From an uncultured Clostridia bacterium (lineage in GTDB: Bacteria; Bacillota; Clostridia; TANB77; CAG-508), in assembly GCA_944392455.1 (NCBI GenBank), contig CALXWP010000007.1, forward strand, positions 43,559 to 107,558: a DNA stretch of 64,000 nucleotides, read 5' to 3'. The first letter of the stretch is position 1, and each line of letters opens with the position of its first letter. The notes beneath the pieces were generated by a model that did no database searches, was not told the origin of the DNA, and worked only from the letters and a program-made list of their open reading frames with translations. The position numbers were made by a program, and so were the translations under genes. Of this stretch, positions 21,165-31,000 are shown piece by piece.

Positions 21165-21260
21165 AAAATTACACTCCTTGCTTATATGTTTTTACATATT
21201 TTTCCCAAGTAGTGTAATTTTATTCATTTTTAAATTTTTTCATTTTTATTATTTATTATA

Positions 21261-21989
21261 TTAAATATTTAAATTTTCTATAAAATAATCATTAATTCCA
21301 TTATATATTCCCCAAGCTAGTTGTTCCTGATACTCATCTGCTAATAGAAGTTGTTCTTCTTCTGGATTTGATAAAAATCCACATTCTACTAAACAAATTG
21401 GAATTTCTATATGCTTCATAATATATATACTATTTAACTTTGCTGGTTTTCTATTATTCTCTCTTTGGATAGCATTATTTAAGCTTTCTTGTATCTTTTC
21501 TGCTAGGATTTTGCTTTTTTCACTTCCTATTTTATAAAATGTTTGCCATCCATAGTACTTGCTTTGATCAATTTTATTTAAATGTATTGATACAAAAATA
21601 TCTGCATTTGAATTATTTCCTATTTCAACTCTATTTCTAATGTCTGAAACTTTTTTTTCCCTTATAGAATTACTATCAGCATCATAAATTCCATTCTCAT
21701 CAGAGCGAGTTAATATAACTGTGCAACCACTTTGTTCTAGAAGTTTTTGTAATTTTAATGCAATTTCCAAATTTATTTGAGCTTCTAACACACCATTGCT
21801 ACTTTCAGCACCTTCATCTGGTGATCCGTGTCCTGCATCTACAATAACTACTTTACTAGATACTGGAATTGCAACGGTCTTAATTGTTTCTATTTCATTA
21901 CCTATTTTAAATGAAAAAGAATATATTGAAATCAATACAATACATAGTATTAATGTAATTCTTCTCTTACTTAATATAAGCATATACAT
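21261..21989 (-). CDS. N-acetylmuramoyl-L-alanine amidase (Amidase_3, CwlD-like)
   Basis: 242 aa. TM/signal N-terminus, VVIVDAGHGSPDEGAES, SIHLN, GFLSNPEE motifs. Confidence 0.75.
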   Translation of the reverse strand: MYMLILSKRRITLILCIVLISIYSFSFKIGNEIETIKTVAIPVSSKVVIVDAGHGSPDEGAESSNGVLEAQINLEIALKLQKLLEQSGCTVILTRSDENGIYDADSNSIREKKVSDIRNRVEIGNNSNADIFVSIHLNKIDQSKYYGWQTFYKIGSEKSKILAEKIQESLNNAIQRENNRKPAKLNSIYIMKHIEIPICLVECGFLSNPEEEQLLLADEYQEQLAWGIYNGINDYFIENLNI

Positions 21990-22125
21990 ACCTCTCTTAA
22001 TGTATTTATATGCTTATTAATTATTTTTAGAACTCAATAAGTTTTTGACTGTTTGTTCATTCTAATTGATATTGAAATTCATTTGTGTTAGACTTAAGCT
22101 AGAATTAAAAATAAGGTAGGTATCT

Positions 22126-23841
22126 ATGAAAGTTTATAGAAAATTATATGATGCTGAAAAGTATGACACAATACGTGAATATATTAATAGAGCAATAGAA
22201 AAATATCCCAATAATAATGCATTTATATTAAAAAATAAAAATGGAAGTAATATTTCATATACTAATATTACATATACTATGTTTGGTAACGATATTAAAG
22301 CTCTTGGAACAGCATTAATTGATCTTGGTCTAGAGCATAAAAGGATTGCAATAATTGGTAAAAATAGATATGAATGGGCTGCTTCATTTGTTTCAATTTT
22401 ATGTGGTGTCGGTATAACTGTACCCTTAGATAAAGGACTTCCTGAGCAAGAAATTATTTCTTCTTTAGAAAGAGCAAAAGTTGATAGCATTATTTTTGAA
22501 GATGAATATTCTGAATGTATGAAAAGTATTCAAAAAACTAATCATAATATAAAAGAATTTATTTGTATGAATTCAAGTTGTGATAATTCTTTTAAAACAA
22601 TTTCTCAATTAATAGATAAAGGTAATTCATTGCTAAAAAAAGGAGACACAAGATATATTAACCATGAAATAGATCCTGATGGAATAGCTTCAATAATATT
22701 TACTTCTGGTACTACTTCTATGTCTAAGGCAGTTCTACTTTCAAATAAAAATATTGCATCTAATATATATAATATAAATTTAGCTGAAAAAATATATGAT
22801 ACAGATGTTAATATGGCATTCTTACCTCTTCATCATACATTTGGTTCAACTGGACTATTATTATTTTTAGCAGATGGTGTTACAAATGTGTTTTGTGATG
22901 GTTTAAGACATATTCAAGAAAATTTAAGAGAATACAAAGTGTCTGTTTTTGTATGTGTTCCATTGCTATTAGAGGCAATGTATAAAAAAATATATGCAGA
23001 GGTTGACAAACAAGGAAAAACTAAAATATTAAAATTTGCCAATTCTATTAGTCACTTTCTTATGAAATTTAAAGTCGATATCAGAAGAAAAATTTTTAAA
23101 CAAATATTAGATAATCTAGGTGGAAATTTACGATTTGTAATAAGTGGTGCATCAGCAATAGATAAAAATGTTGCTAAAGGATTTTATGATTTTGGAATAT
23201 TAGCAGTACAAGGATATGGTTTAACAGAAACTTCTCCTGTATTAACTGCTGAAAATGAAAAATGTGTTAAATTTGGTTCTGTCGGATTACCTCTTCCAGA
23301 GGTAGAAATTAAAATAGATAATCCTAACGAAGAAGGAATTGGTGAAATTGTTGCTAAGGGACCTAATATAATGCTAGGATATTATGAAATGGAAGAAGAA
23401 ACTTCTAAAGTATTAAAAGATGGGTGGTTCTATACAGGTGATCTTGGATATATTGATAAAGATGGATTCTTATTTATTACTGGTAGAAAAAAGAATGTTG
23501 TAGTATTAAAAAACGGAAAAAACATATATCCTGAAGAATTAGAATTATTAGTTAATAACTTACCATATGTTGCAGAATCTATGGTGTTTGGTAAACCTAA
23601 AAATGACGACTTAATATTGTCTGTAAAAATTGTGTATAACCAGGACTATATTTCTGATAAATATGGAGATATTTCAGAAGAGAATTTAAGAGATATTATA
23701 TGGAAAGATATTAAGAAAATTAATTCAAGTTTACCTAATTACAAACATATTAAAAATTTAATTATTACAGATGAGCCAATGATCAAAACTACTACTCAAA
23801 AGGTTAAAAGATTTGAAGAAATAAAGAAAATAGACAAATAA
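22126..23841 (+). CDS. AMP-dependent synthetase/ligase (long-chain acyl-CoA synthetase family)
   Basis: 571 aa. AMP-binding motifs FTSGTTSMSKAV, GYGLTETS, YTGDLGYIDKDGFLFITGRKK. Confidence 0.8.
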   Translation: MKVYRKLYDAEKYDTIREYINRAIEKYPNNNAFILKNKNGSNISYTNITYTMFGNDIKALGTALIDLGLEHKRIAIIGKNRYEWAASFVSILCGVGITVPLDKGLPEQEIISSLERAKVDSIIFEDEYSECMKSIQKTNHNIKEFICMNSSCDNSFKTISQLIDKGNSLLKKGDTRYINHEIDPDGIASIIFTSGTTSMSKAVLLSNKNIASNIYNINLAEKIYDTDVNMAFLPLHHTFGSTGLLLFLADGVTNVFCDGLRHIQENLREYKVSVFVCVPLLLEAMYKKIYAEVDKQGKTKILKFANSISHFLMKFKVDIRRKIFKQILDNLGGNLRFVISGASAIDKNVAKGFYDFGILAVQGYGLTETSPVLTAENEKCVKFGSVGLPLPEVEIKIDNPNEEGIGEIVAKGPNIMLGYYEMEEETSKVLKDGWFYTGDLGYIDKDGFLFITGRKKNVVVLKNGKNIYPEELELLVNNLPYVAESMVFGKPKNDDLILSVKIVYNQDYISDKYGDISEENLRDIIWKDIKKINSSLPNYKHIKNLIITDEPMIKTTTQKVKRFEEIKKIDK

Positions 23842-23859
23842 ATATTAATTACAATAAAT

Positions 23860-23962
23860 AATAAGAAAAGTGGCTTTGCCACATGTGCGTTTTGCTTCGC
23901 AAATACGCACAACCAAGGTAACTTAACCTTGTTGCTCCGGAAATTTCTTGCGAAATTTCCTA
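23860..23962. other. Higher-GC intergenic element with three consecutive stem-loops
   Basis: Hairpins gtgcgt...acgcac, caaggt...accttg and ggaaattt...aaatttcc. Sits between convergent genes. GC content is well above its surroundings. Confidence 0.3.
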
Positions 23963-24017
23963 TGCAATAAAAAGTATATTTAATTCAGTTTTTATTGATT
24001 AAATATACTTTTTTATA

Positions 24018-24986
24018 TTATTTATTATTTACACTACATTGTATTTTTTCATTTTTTCTTCTATCAATAGCATAAGCACTTCCCATTGTAGTTTTTGCTA
24101 AATGTTTGACTTGTGCCCCTACCTCTCCTATTTCAAGTACATTATGAAATCTGCTTTTATGAGCTACAACTACTCCTATTGAAAGTGATGTTAATGGAAA
24201 TTCTTCTATTATTCCCTTTCTATTAGGAACTTCTAAATACCCTTTTTCTATATCATTTTCATTAAAGAATTTAATAACACCTTTATCAAATTCAGCAATT
24301 ATATTTTGACATATTGTTTCATAATCATCTTCTATAGATATTATTCCAACAAAATCATCCCCACCAATATGTCCTACAAATGTATTACCACTATTAGAAT
24401 ATCTTTCTATATTACTTGTTATTATTCTTGCTGTAAATTTAATTATTTCATCTCCATTTAAAAATCCATACACATCATTATATGCTTTAAAATTATCTAA
24501 GTCAAAGTAAAGCATTACAAATTCTTCTTTATTTAGTAATCTCTTTTTCATTTCTGCTTGTATTTGTACATTTCCAGGTAACCCAGTTAATGGGCTAACC
24601 CTCCTATTAGTATCTAATAATCTAATAATATTTTTTATAGTATAATATAAATATTCTTTATCTATAGGAGCCTTTATATAATGCTCTACACATTCTTTTA
24701 ATACTTCTATTTTATGTTCTTTACTTCTATCTGAAGATATAACAATAATAGGGGTAATATTGTTGTCTTCATTTTGCCTTATTCGTTTACATATCTCAAT
24801 TATATTTTCTTCTATCCCATCTTCATTAATTATAATAAGAGATGGAATATTTTTTAATGCATCATCAATATTGTTTGTAGTTACTTTTTTCAATTTGATT
24901 TTATAATCTTTTTCATCTTTAAATAGATTTAAAATGATTTTTTTTAGCTCATCATTATCATCTATTATATAAATATCCTGAGCCAT
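24018..24986 (-). CDS. Response-regulator receiver + GGDEF domain protein (non-canonical GGDDF motif)
   Basis: 322 aa. GGDEF-domain blocks (SPLTGLPGN, YFDLDNFKAYND, GDEIIK). The signature reads HIGGDDFVG. The receiver's expected phospho-Asp position appears to be Asn (LIIINEDG). Confidence 0.75.
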   Translation of the reverse strand: MAQDIYIIDDNDELKKIILNLFKDEKDYKIKLKKVTTNNIDDALKNIPSLIIINEDGIEENIIEICKRIRQNEDNNITPIIVISSDRSKEHKIEVLKECVEHYIKAPIDKEYLYYTIKNIIRLLDTNRRVSPLTGLPGNVQIQAEMKKRLLNKEEFVMLYFDLDNFKAYNDVYGFLNGDEIIKFTARIITSNIERYSNSGNTFVGHIGGDDFVGIISIEDDYETICQNIIAEFDKGVIKFFNENDIEKGYLEVPNRKGIIEEFPLTSLSIGVVVAHKSRFHNVLEIGEVGAQVKHLAKTTMGSAYAIDRRKNEKIQCSVNNK

Positions 24987-24987
24987 T

Positions 24988-25773
24988 TTATCTCTCCTTA
25001 TATTTCTTAATTTTATCTTTTATGTCTTCTATTAAATTCTTTTGTTTCATAAACTTTGTTATGTTTTCAGAATGCATTTCTGGGAATGCTTTTTTTAGTT
25101 TTATAATTCTTTTATATATTTTTATTTTTAATATTGATTGTTTTGTTTTTAAGTCTTCAATTAAATTCTGTATATGTTCTTTTGAAGTATTTTCCAAATG
25201 CTTTTCTTGTTTTAATTCCAATAATTTCTCCTTTATTGTTTCTCCTATTTCAAATACTTCCTGGATTTTCTTATCTATAATCATTATTTTAAATATTGTT
25301 ATAGCTGCATCTATAAGGATGACTATCGATAATATTATTTCTATGTATATTAAAATCTGATATGGAATATAACTTACCAATTTTTCTATAAATGGATGAA
25401 TTATAAATATTAGTAATACTCCTAATATTCCCCAATATATAGAATTTTTCAAGCATACTCTTCCTTTTATGTTAAATTTCAAATCTGAATAATCCCAATA
25501 TTTTGTTTTAAAACATTTCTCTAATATTACTGCTACAATATATTCCCATGTAGAGAACACAAGAAAACTTAATATAAATATTACTATAATATTATTAGAT
25601 ACAATACTTAAACTAATCATTAATATTGCACCAATTCCATACATAGGACAAAAAGTTCCATATAAGAACCCACTATTCGTCGCTTTTTTTAATATTATAG
25701 TTTTGTATATTGACTCTAAACACCAACCTAAAAATGAATATATTATAAAATAAAATATTATTTTATCCTGCAT
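24988..25773 (-). CDS. Polytopic membrane protein (DUF1113 / putative ABC-transporter type IV family) with coiled-coil tail
   Basis: 261 aa. N-terminus FxxYSFLGWCLE and multiple TM helices. Confidence 0.45.
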   Translation of the reverse strand: MQDKIIFYFIIYSFLGWCLESIYKTIILKKATNSGFLYGTFCPMYGIGAILMISLSIVSNNIIVIFILSFLVFSTWEYIVAVILEKCFKTKYWDYSDLKFNIKGRVCLKNSIYWGILGVLLIFIIHPFIEKLVSYIPYQILIYIEIILSIVILIDAAITIFKIMIIDKKIQEVFEIGETIKEKLLELKQEKHLENTSKEHIQNLIEDLKTKQSILKIKIYKRIIKLKKAFPEMHSENITKFMKQKNLIEDIKDKIKKYKER

Positions 25774-26722
25774 ACTGAAACTCCATTGATCCTGTTACAG
25801 AAAGTCCGTTTATATTTTCAACTCTAATGCTAAATGTATTAGTACCTTGTACTAAATTTAATGAAAATGTTGCTTCTGTTTTATTTATATCATTCATTGA
25901 ATAAACTGCTCCATTTAGGTTTACCTCAATTGATTGAATTCCATCAGCATCAGCCACTTCTATCATTAATTTACCTGTTTCTTCATCTACATATAAATTT
26001 TTGATTTCAGGTCTTTCAGTAGAAATTACTATTTCTGGGCTTTCTTCTGTTGTAGTATTTCCAGATGAATCTACAGCAGTAACTGTTATTTTATGTGTTC
26101 CTCTTCCAATCTCTTCTTGTGTAATAGCATACTCTATTATTTTATCTGTTTCATTATTCTTATCAATTCTTATTTCTTCTCCGTCATCTATTCGATATAT
26201 CATATAGTCAATTTCCGTTTCATCTTCAGCTTTTACTCTTATGCTTGTTGCCTGTTGGTCTATGCTTACTGCTGGCTTTGCTATATCTATTCCATCTAAC
26301 ACAATATCTTTTGTATATGTTACAGCTCTTCCTGTTTCATCTTCTAATATTATAGTTAATACACTATTTTCAGATGGTAAAATAATTTCTTCTTGAAAAC
26401 TCGTTGAATTTTCTGGTATTGATCTTTCCTCTGAATTTGCCCAACGATATCTAAAAGTTTCTATATTATATACACTTTGTACATCTACCATTAGTGTATC
26501 ATTTACTCTAGTTATGATTATGTTAGCTAAGTTATCTGTATTACTAGCTTTAGAATCTCTATATAATGCATATGAACTATGACCAATTAAACATAAACCA
26601 AAAATAATTATAAAAACAGCAAAGAATTTAACAATTTTTGTTATCTCTACTGATGCAGTTGTATTTCTATTTCTCTTTCTTTTTTCCTTTTTCTCGACTT
26701 CCGTTACTAAAATTTGGTTCAT
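25763..26722 (-). CDS. Membrane-anchored protein with beta-rich (Ig-like) extracellular domains
   Basis: 319 aa. Basic N-terminus, one TM, then Thr/Ser/Val-rich repeats. Overlaps the preceding gene by 11 nt. Confidence 0.4.
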   Translation of the reverse strand: MNQILVTEVEKKEKRKRNRNTTASVEITKIVKFFAVFIIIFGLCLIGHSSYALYRDSKASNTDNLANIIITRVNDTLMVDVQSVYNIETFRYRWANSEERSIPENSTSFQEEIILPSENSVLTIILEDETGRAVTYTKDIVLDGIDIAKPAVSIDQQATSIRVKAEDETEIDYMIYRIDDGEEIRIDKNNETDKIIEYAITQEEIGRGTHKITVTAVDSSGNTTTEESPEIVISTERPEIKNLYVDEETGKLMIEVADADGIQSIEVNLNGAVYSMNDINKTEATFSLNLVQGTNTFSIRVENINGLSVTGSMEFQYAG

Positions 26723-26841
26723 TCGTTTTCCTCCACTTATATTTTGAATTATATCATATGCTTTTTTTAATGTAAATATTTATTAAAAAATATCCCTAGA
26801 TAAATATTTATCTAGGGATATTAATAATTCCGGTTAGAATT

Positions 26842-28010
26842 CTATACTAAAACAAATTTTTTAATTAACACTAATCCAGCTCCAAGTATTACTAGTACTC
26901 CTGTTATTACTCCTATGTAGTGTCCTCCTATACCTGATACTATTGATAATACTACTGATGCTTCATCTATGTCATCTTCTCCTTTTTCAAAGTTATCTGG
27001 CACAGAATCTATATCTTCTACTGGTTCATGATTCTCATCACTATCTTCTGATATCTCTGCCCAGTTTGTCTTTACTCCTAGGTTGTTTTGTCCATTTATC
27101 CATCTAAATGTTATCTCTATTACTACACTTTCTCCTGGTTCTAATAATGTATCATTTAGTTGAGTTGTTGTTACTGTCTCTCCATCTTCTGATAATTCCC
27201 ATCCTTCATTATCTTCTTCTACAAACTCTAGTCCTTCTGGTATGTAGTCTGTTATTTCTTCTGCATATCCTGCCATATTTCCTTCGTTTGTTATTCTTAT
27301 TTGATATGTGAATTTTATTACCGCTGTCTCTATTTTATGGTTTCCTAATTCTACTTTTACTACTTCTTCTGGATCATCTTCAAAATGATGTCCTGTCTCT
27401 TCTACATATGTCTCTCCATCTAATATCATTGTTACTTTTGATACTATCTTTCTTAATGCTAAATCAAAGTATGTTACTTTTACTTTTTCTATATCGATGT
27501 CATCTTCTCCATCTTCATCATTGTCTGGCACAGAATCTATATCTTCTACTGGTTCTCCATCTTCATCACTATCTTCTGATATTTCCGCTGTGTTTATTAA
27601 CACTCTATCTGATGTATTTGGTTCTATTACTCTAAATGCTATTTGTACATCTTTATAGTCTGGCTGACTCATTGTTTCTGGATCAAATGCTTCTATTAGA
27701 TTATCTCTTCCTGTCTCATCCCCTTGTTCCTTTGATAAGTAATCTGTTCTTATTGTTTCTGCTTCTTCTACATTTTCTGTTACATTTCCATTTGCATCAT
27801 ACATTACCCATCTATACTCTGTGTTTACTTCATTTTCTGGTAAAAATTCTAGTCCTTCTGGTAAGTCATCTTTTACTTCTTCTGCATATCCTGCAACTTC
27901 ACCTTCATTATATACTCTTATTGTATATATTACTATGTCTCCATTACTTACTTCAACAGGTTCTTTTGTATGTTCATATGTATATTCACCATTATTGTTT
28001 GTAAATACTG
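26842..28010. repeat. Inter-gene duplicated segment (near-identical to 33022-34190)
   Basis: Antisense shadow ORFs 27108-27311 vs 33285-33488 and 27408-27635 vs 33585-33812 translate identically. The offset is 6177 nt. Confidence 0.8.
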
Positions 28011-31000
28011 GTACTCTATTTGTTATTTCTTCTTCATTTATTCCTGTTATGAATTTTCTTAATGCTAAATCAAAATATTTTACTTTGATTTTCTCTATAT
28101 CAATATCATCTTCACCATCTTCATCATTATCTGGCACAGAATCTATATCTTCTACTGGATTTCCATCTTCGTCGCTATCTTCTGATATTTCTGCTGTATT
28201 TATTATTATTCTATCTGATGTATTTGGTTCTGTAACTTTAAATGCTATTTGCACTTCTTTATAGTCTGGTTCATCCATTGTATCTGGATCAAATGCTTCT
28301 ATTAGATTATCTCTTCCTGATAGCCCCCCTTGTTCCTTTGATAAGTAATCTGTTCTTATTGTTTCTGCTTCTTCTACATTTTCTGTTACATTTCCATTTG
28401 CATCATACATTACCCATCTATACTCTGTGTTTACTTCATTTTCTGGTAAAAATTCTAGTCCCTCTGGTAAGTCATCTTTTACTTCTTCTGCATATCCTGC
28501 CTCAGTTCCTTCATTGTATATTCTCAATGTATATATTACTATATCATTTGTTGCGACTTCAACAGGTTCTTTTGTATGTTCATATGTATATTCACCATCA
28601 TTGTTTGTAAATACTGGTACTCTATTTGTTATTTCTTCTTCATTTACTCCTGTGATGAATTTCCTTAATGCCAAATCAAAAATATTATTTTCAATTGTTA
28701 CTTCTATAATACTTCCATCTACTACTTGTAAATTTACAAGTTCACCATTTATTCTTTCTGCTGTAATAACATATTCACCATTTATTAATTTAACATCAAT
28801 CTCTATTTCTACTGGTTCTGGTAATATATTATATCCTTCTGGTGCTCCTGTTTCTGTTATAATATATCTATGTGTTCCTTCAGCTGTTATTTTAATTTTT
28901 CCTGTTACAACTTCTCCATTTTCATTTGTTGTTAAATTATCAAATGTGTTTATAACTGTTCCATCTGAATCCACTTCTTCTATTTTAAATACTGCATTAC
29001 TTAATCTATCTGATATTCCATTTTGTTTTATTAACTTAATTTCATAATCACCTACAGTAGCTGGTAACACTAACTCTTCATAATCGTCATCATCCTCATA
29101 TCCATGTCCTTGTTCTGATGTTCCTGGATTATAATTATTTTTCTGATCATCTGTCAAATTATCTTCTACTGAATCTCTATCATTTACTTCATTTCTTTCT
29201 ATATTTTCTGATTTTGTTATTTCTGCAACATTTTTTAAACTTATACTTGTAACTTGTTTTGTAGCTACTACCTCACATTCAATTTCTAAATCCACATAAT
29301 CAATTGTTTTTCCATCAAATGCGTCAATTAAATCATCTGATAAAGCAGTCGTTACTATTGTTCTTCCATCACCATTTGGATTTGTCCAGCCATTATCTTC
29401 ATTAATTTGGCTATCTTCTTTTAATATTAATCCTTCTGGTAAATAATCTGTTACTTCTTCTGCATATCCTGCTTCTTTTCCTTCGTTATATATTCTTATT
29501 ATATATGTTACTGTATCTCCTGTATTAACACTTATTGGATCTTTTGTATGTAACTTATCTGCTGTTGTAACTCTTCCATTATCTAAATCTTCTACTGCAT
29601 TATCAGTTATTTCTGGTTCTCTACTTACTTCTACATTTTCTCCATTTACTTTTGTAATAAATTTTCTTAATGCTAAATCAAAATATGTTAATTTTACTTT
29701 TTCAATATCAATATCATCCTCACCATCTTCATCATTATCTGGTACAGAATCTATATCTTCTATTGGATCACCATCTTCATCACTATCTTCTGATATTTCT
29801 GCTGTATTTATTAAAATCCTATCCGATGTATTTGGTTCTATTACTTTAAATGCTATCCTTACTTCTTTATAGTCTGGCTCATTCATTGTATCTGGATCAA
29901 ATGCTTCTATTAGATTATCCCTTCCTGTCATCTCTCCTTGAGCCTTAGATAAATAATCTGTTCTTATTGTTTCTGCTTCTGATACATTCTCTGTCACATT
30001 TCCTTCTGCATTATACATTACCCATCTATAATTGATATTTGTTGTATTATCAGGTAAGAATTCTAATCCTTCTGGAATATCATCTTTTACTTCTTCTGCA
30101 TATCCTGCAATATCCCCTTCATTATATATCCTTAATGTATATATTACAGTATCTTCTGTTTGTACTAAAACAGGGTCTTTTGTATGTTCATATGAATACT
30201 CGCCATTATTATTTTTAAATACAGGTTCTCTATTTGTTATACTTTGACTGTTTACTCCTGTTATGAATTTTCTTAATGCCAAATCAAATTTTTGAACAAC
30301 AATTTTTTCAAAATCATCATCATCTTGTTGTCCTGGTATATAACTGTCTCCTCTATTTATTTCTGTATCTTTATAGTTTGGAAGAGTTGTATCTGATGGT
30401 AATGTTACATTATCTGCTCCAGAGTCTCTATCTGTTACTGTTCCTCCTGATCTATCAGTAAATCCTGATATTTCTGCAATATTGGTTAATTTTTCACCTG
30501 CTACAGCTGTACTTTTTACTCTACATTTAATTTGTACTTCTGCATAATCTAGTGAACTTCCATTAAATGCATTTATTATTTCACCTGCTAAATAAGTGGT
30601 CGTTACTGTTCTACCATCTCCAGATACGTTCCAGCCTCTTTGAGTATTAAAGCTATCGTTTACAAATTCTAAGTTTTCTGGTAAATGATCTGTTATCTCT
30701 GTTACTATTCCATCAAGTTGTCCTTCATTATATACTCTTATTGTGTATATTACTTCATCTCCAACTTTCACAGCAATTGGTGTTTTTGAATGATTGTATA
30801 TTGCTGTTGTTGCAGATCCATTTGCCAAATTTGTTATATTTACGCTTGGAGCTCTATTTACACTTTCTCCATCAACATTACTAATAAATTTTCTTAAAGA
30901 TAAATCAAAATATTTTCCTAGCATTACTAAGTCTTCAAAATCGTCATCATCTTCTTGTGATGTTGTTCCATATCCATCCACCCTTACATTATCTGGTGTT

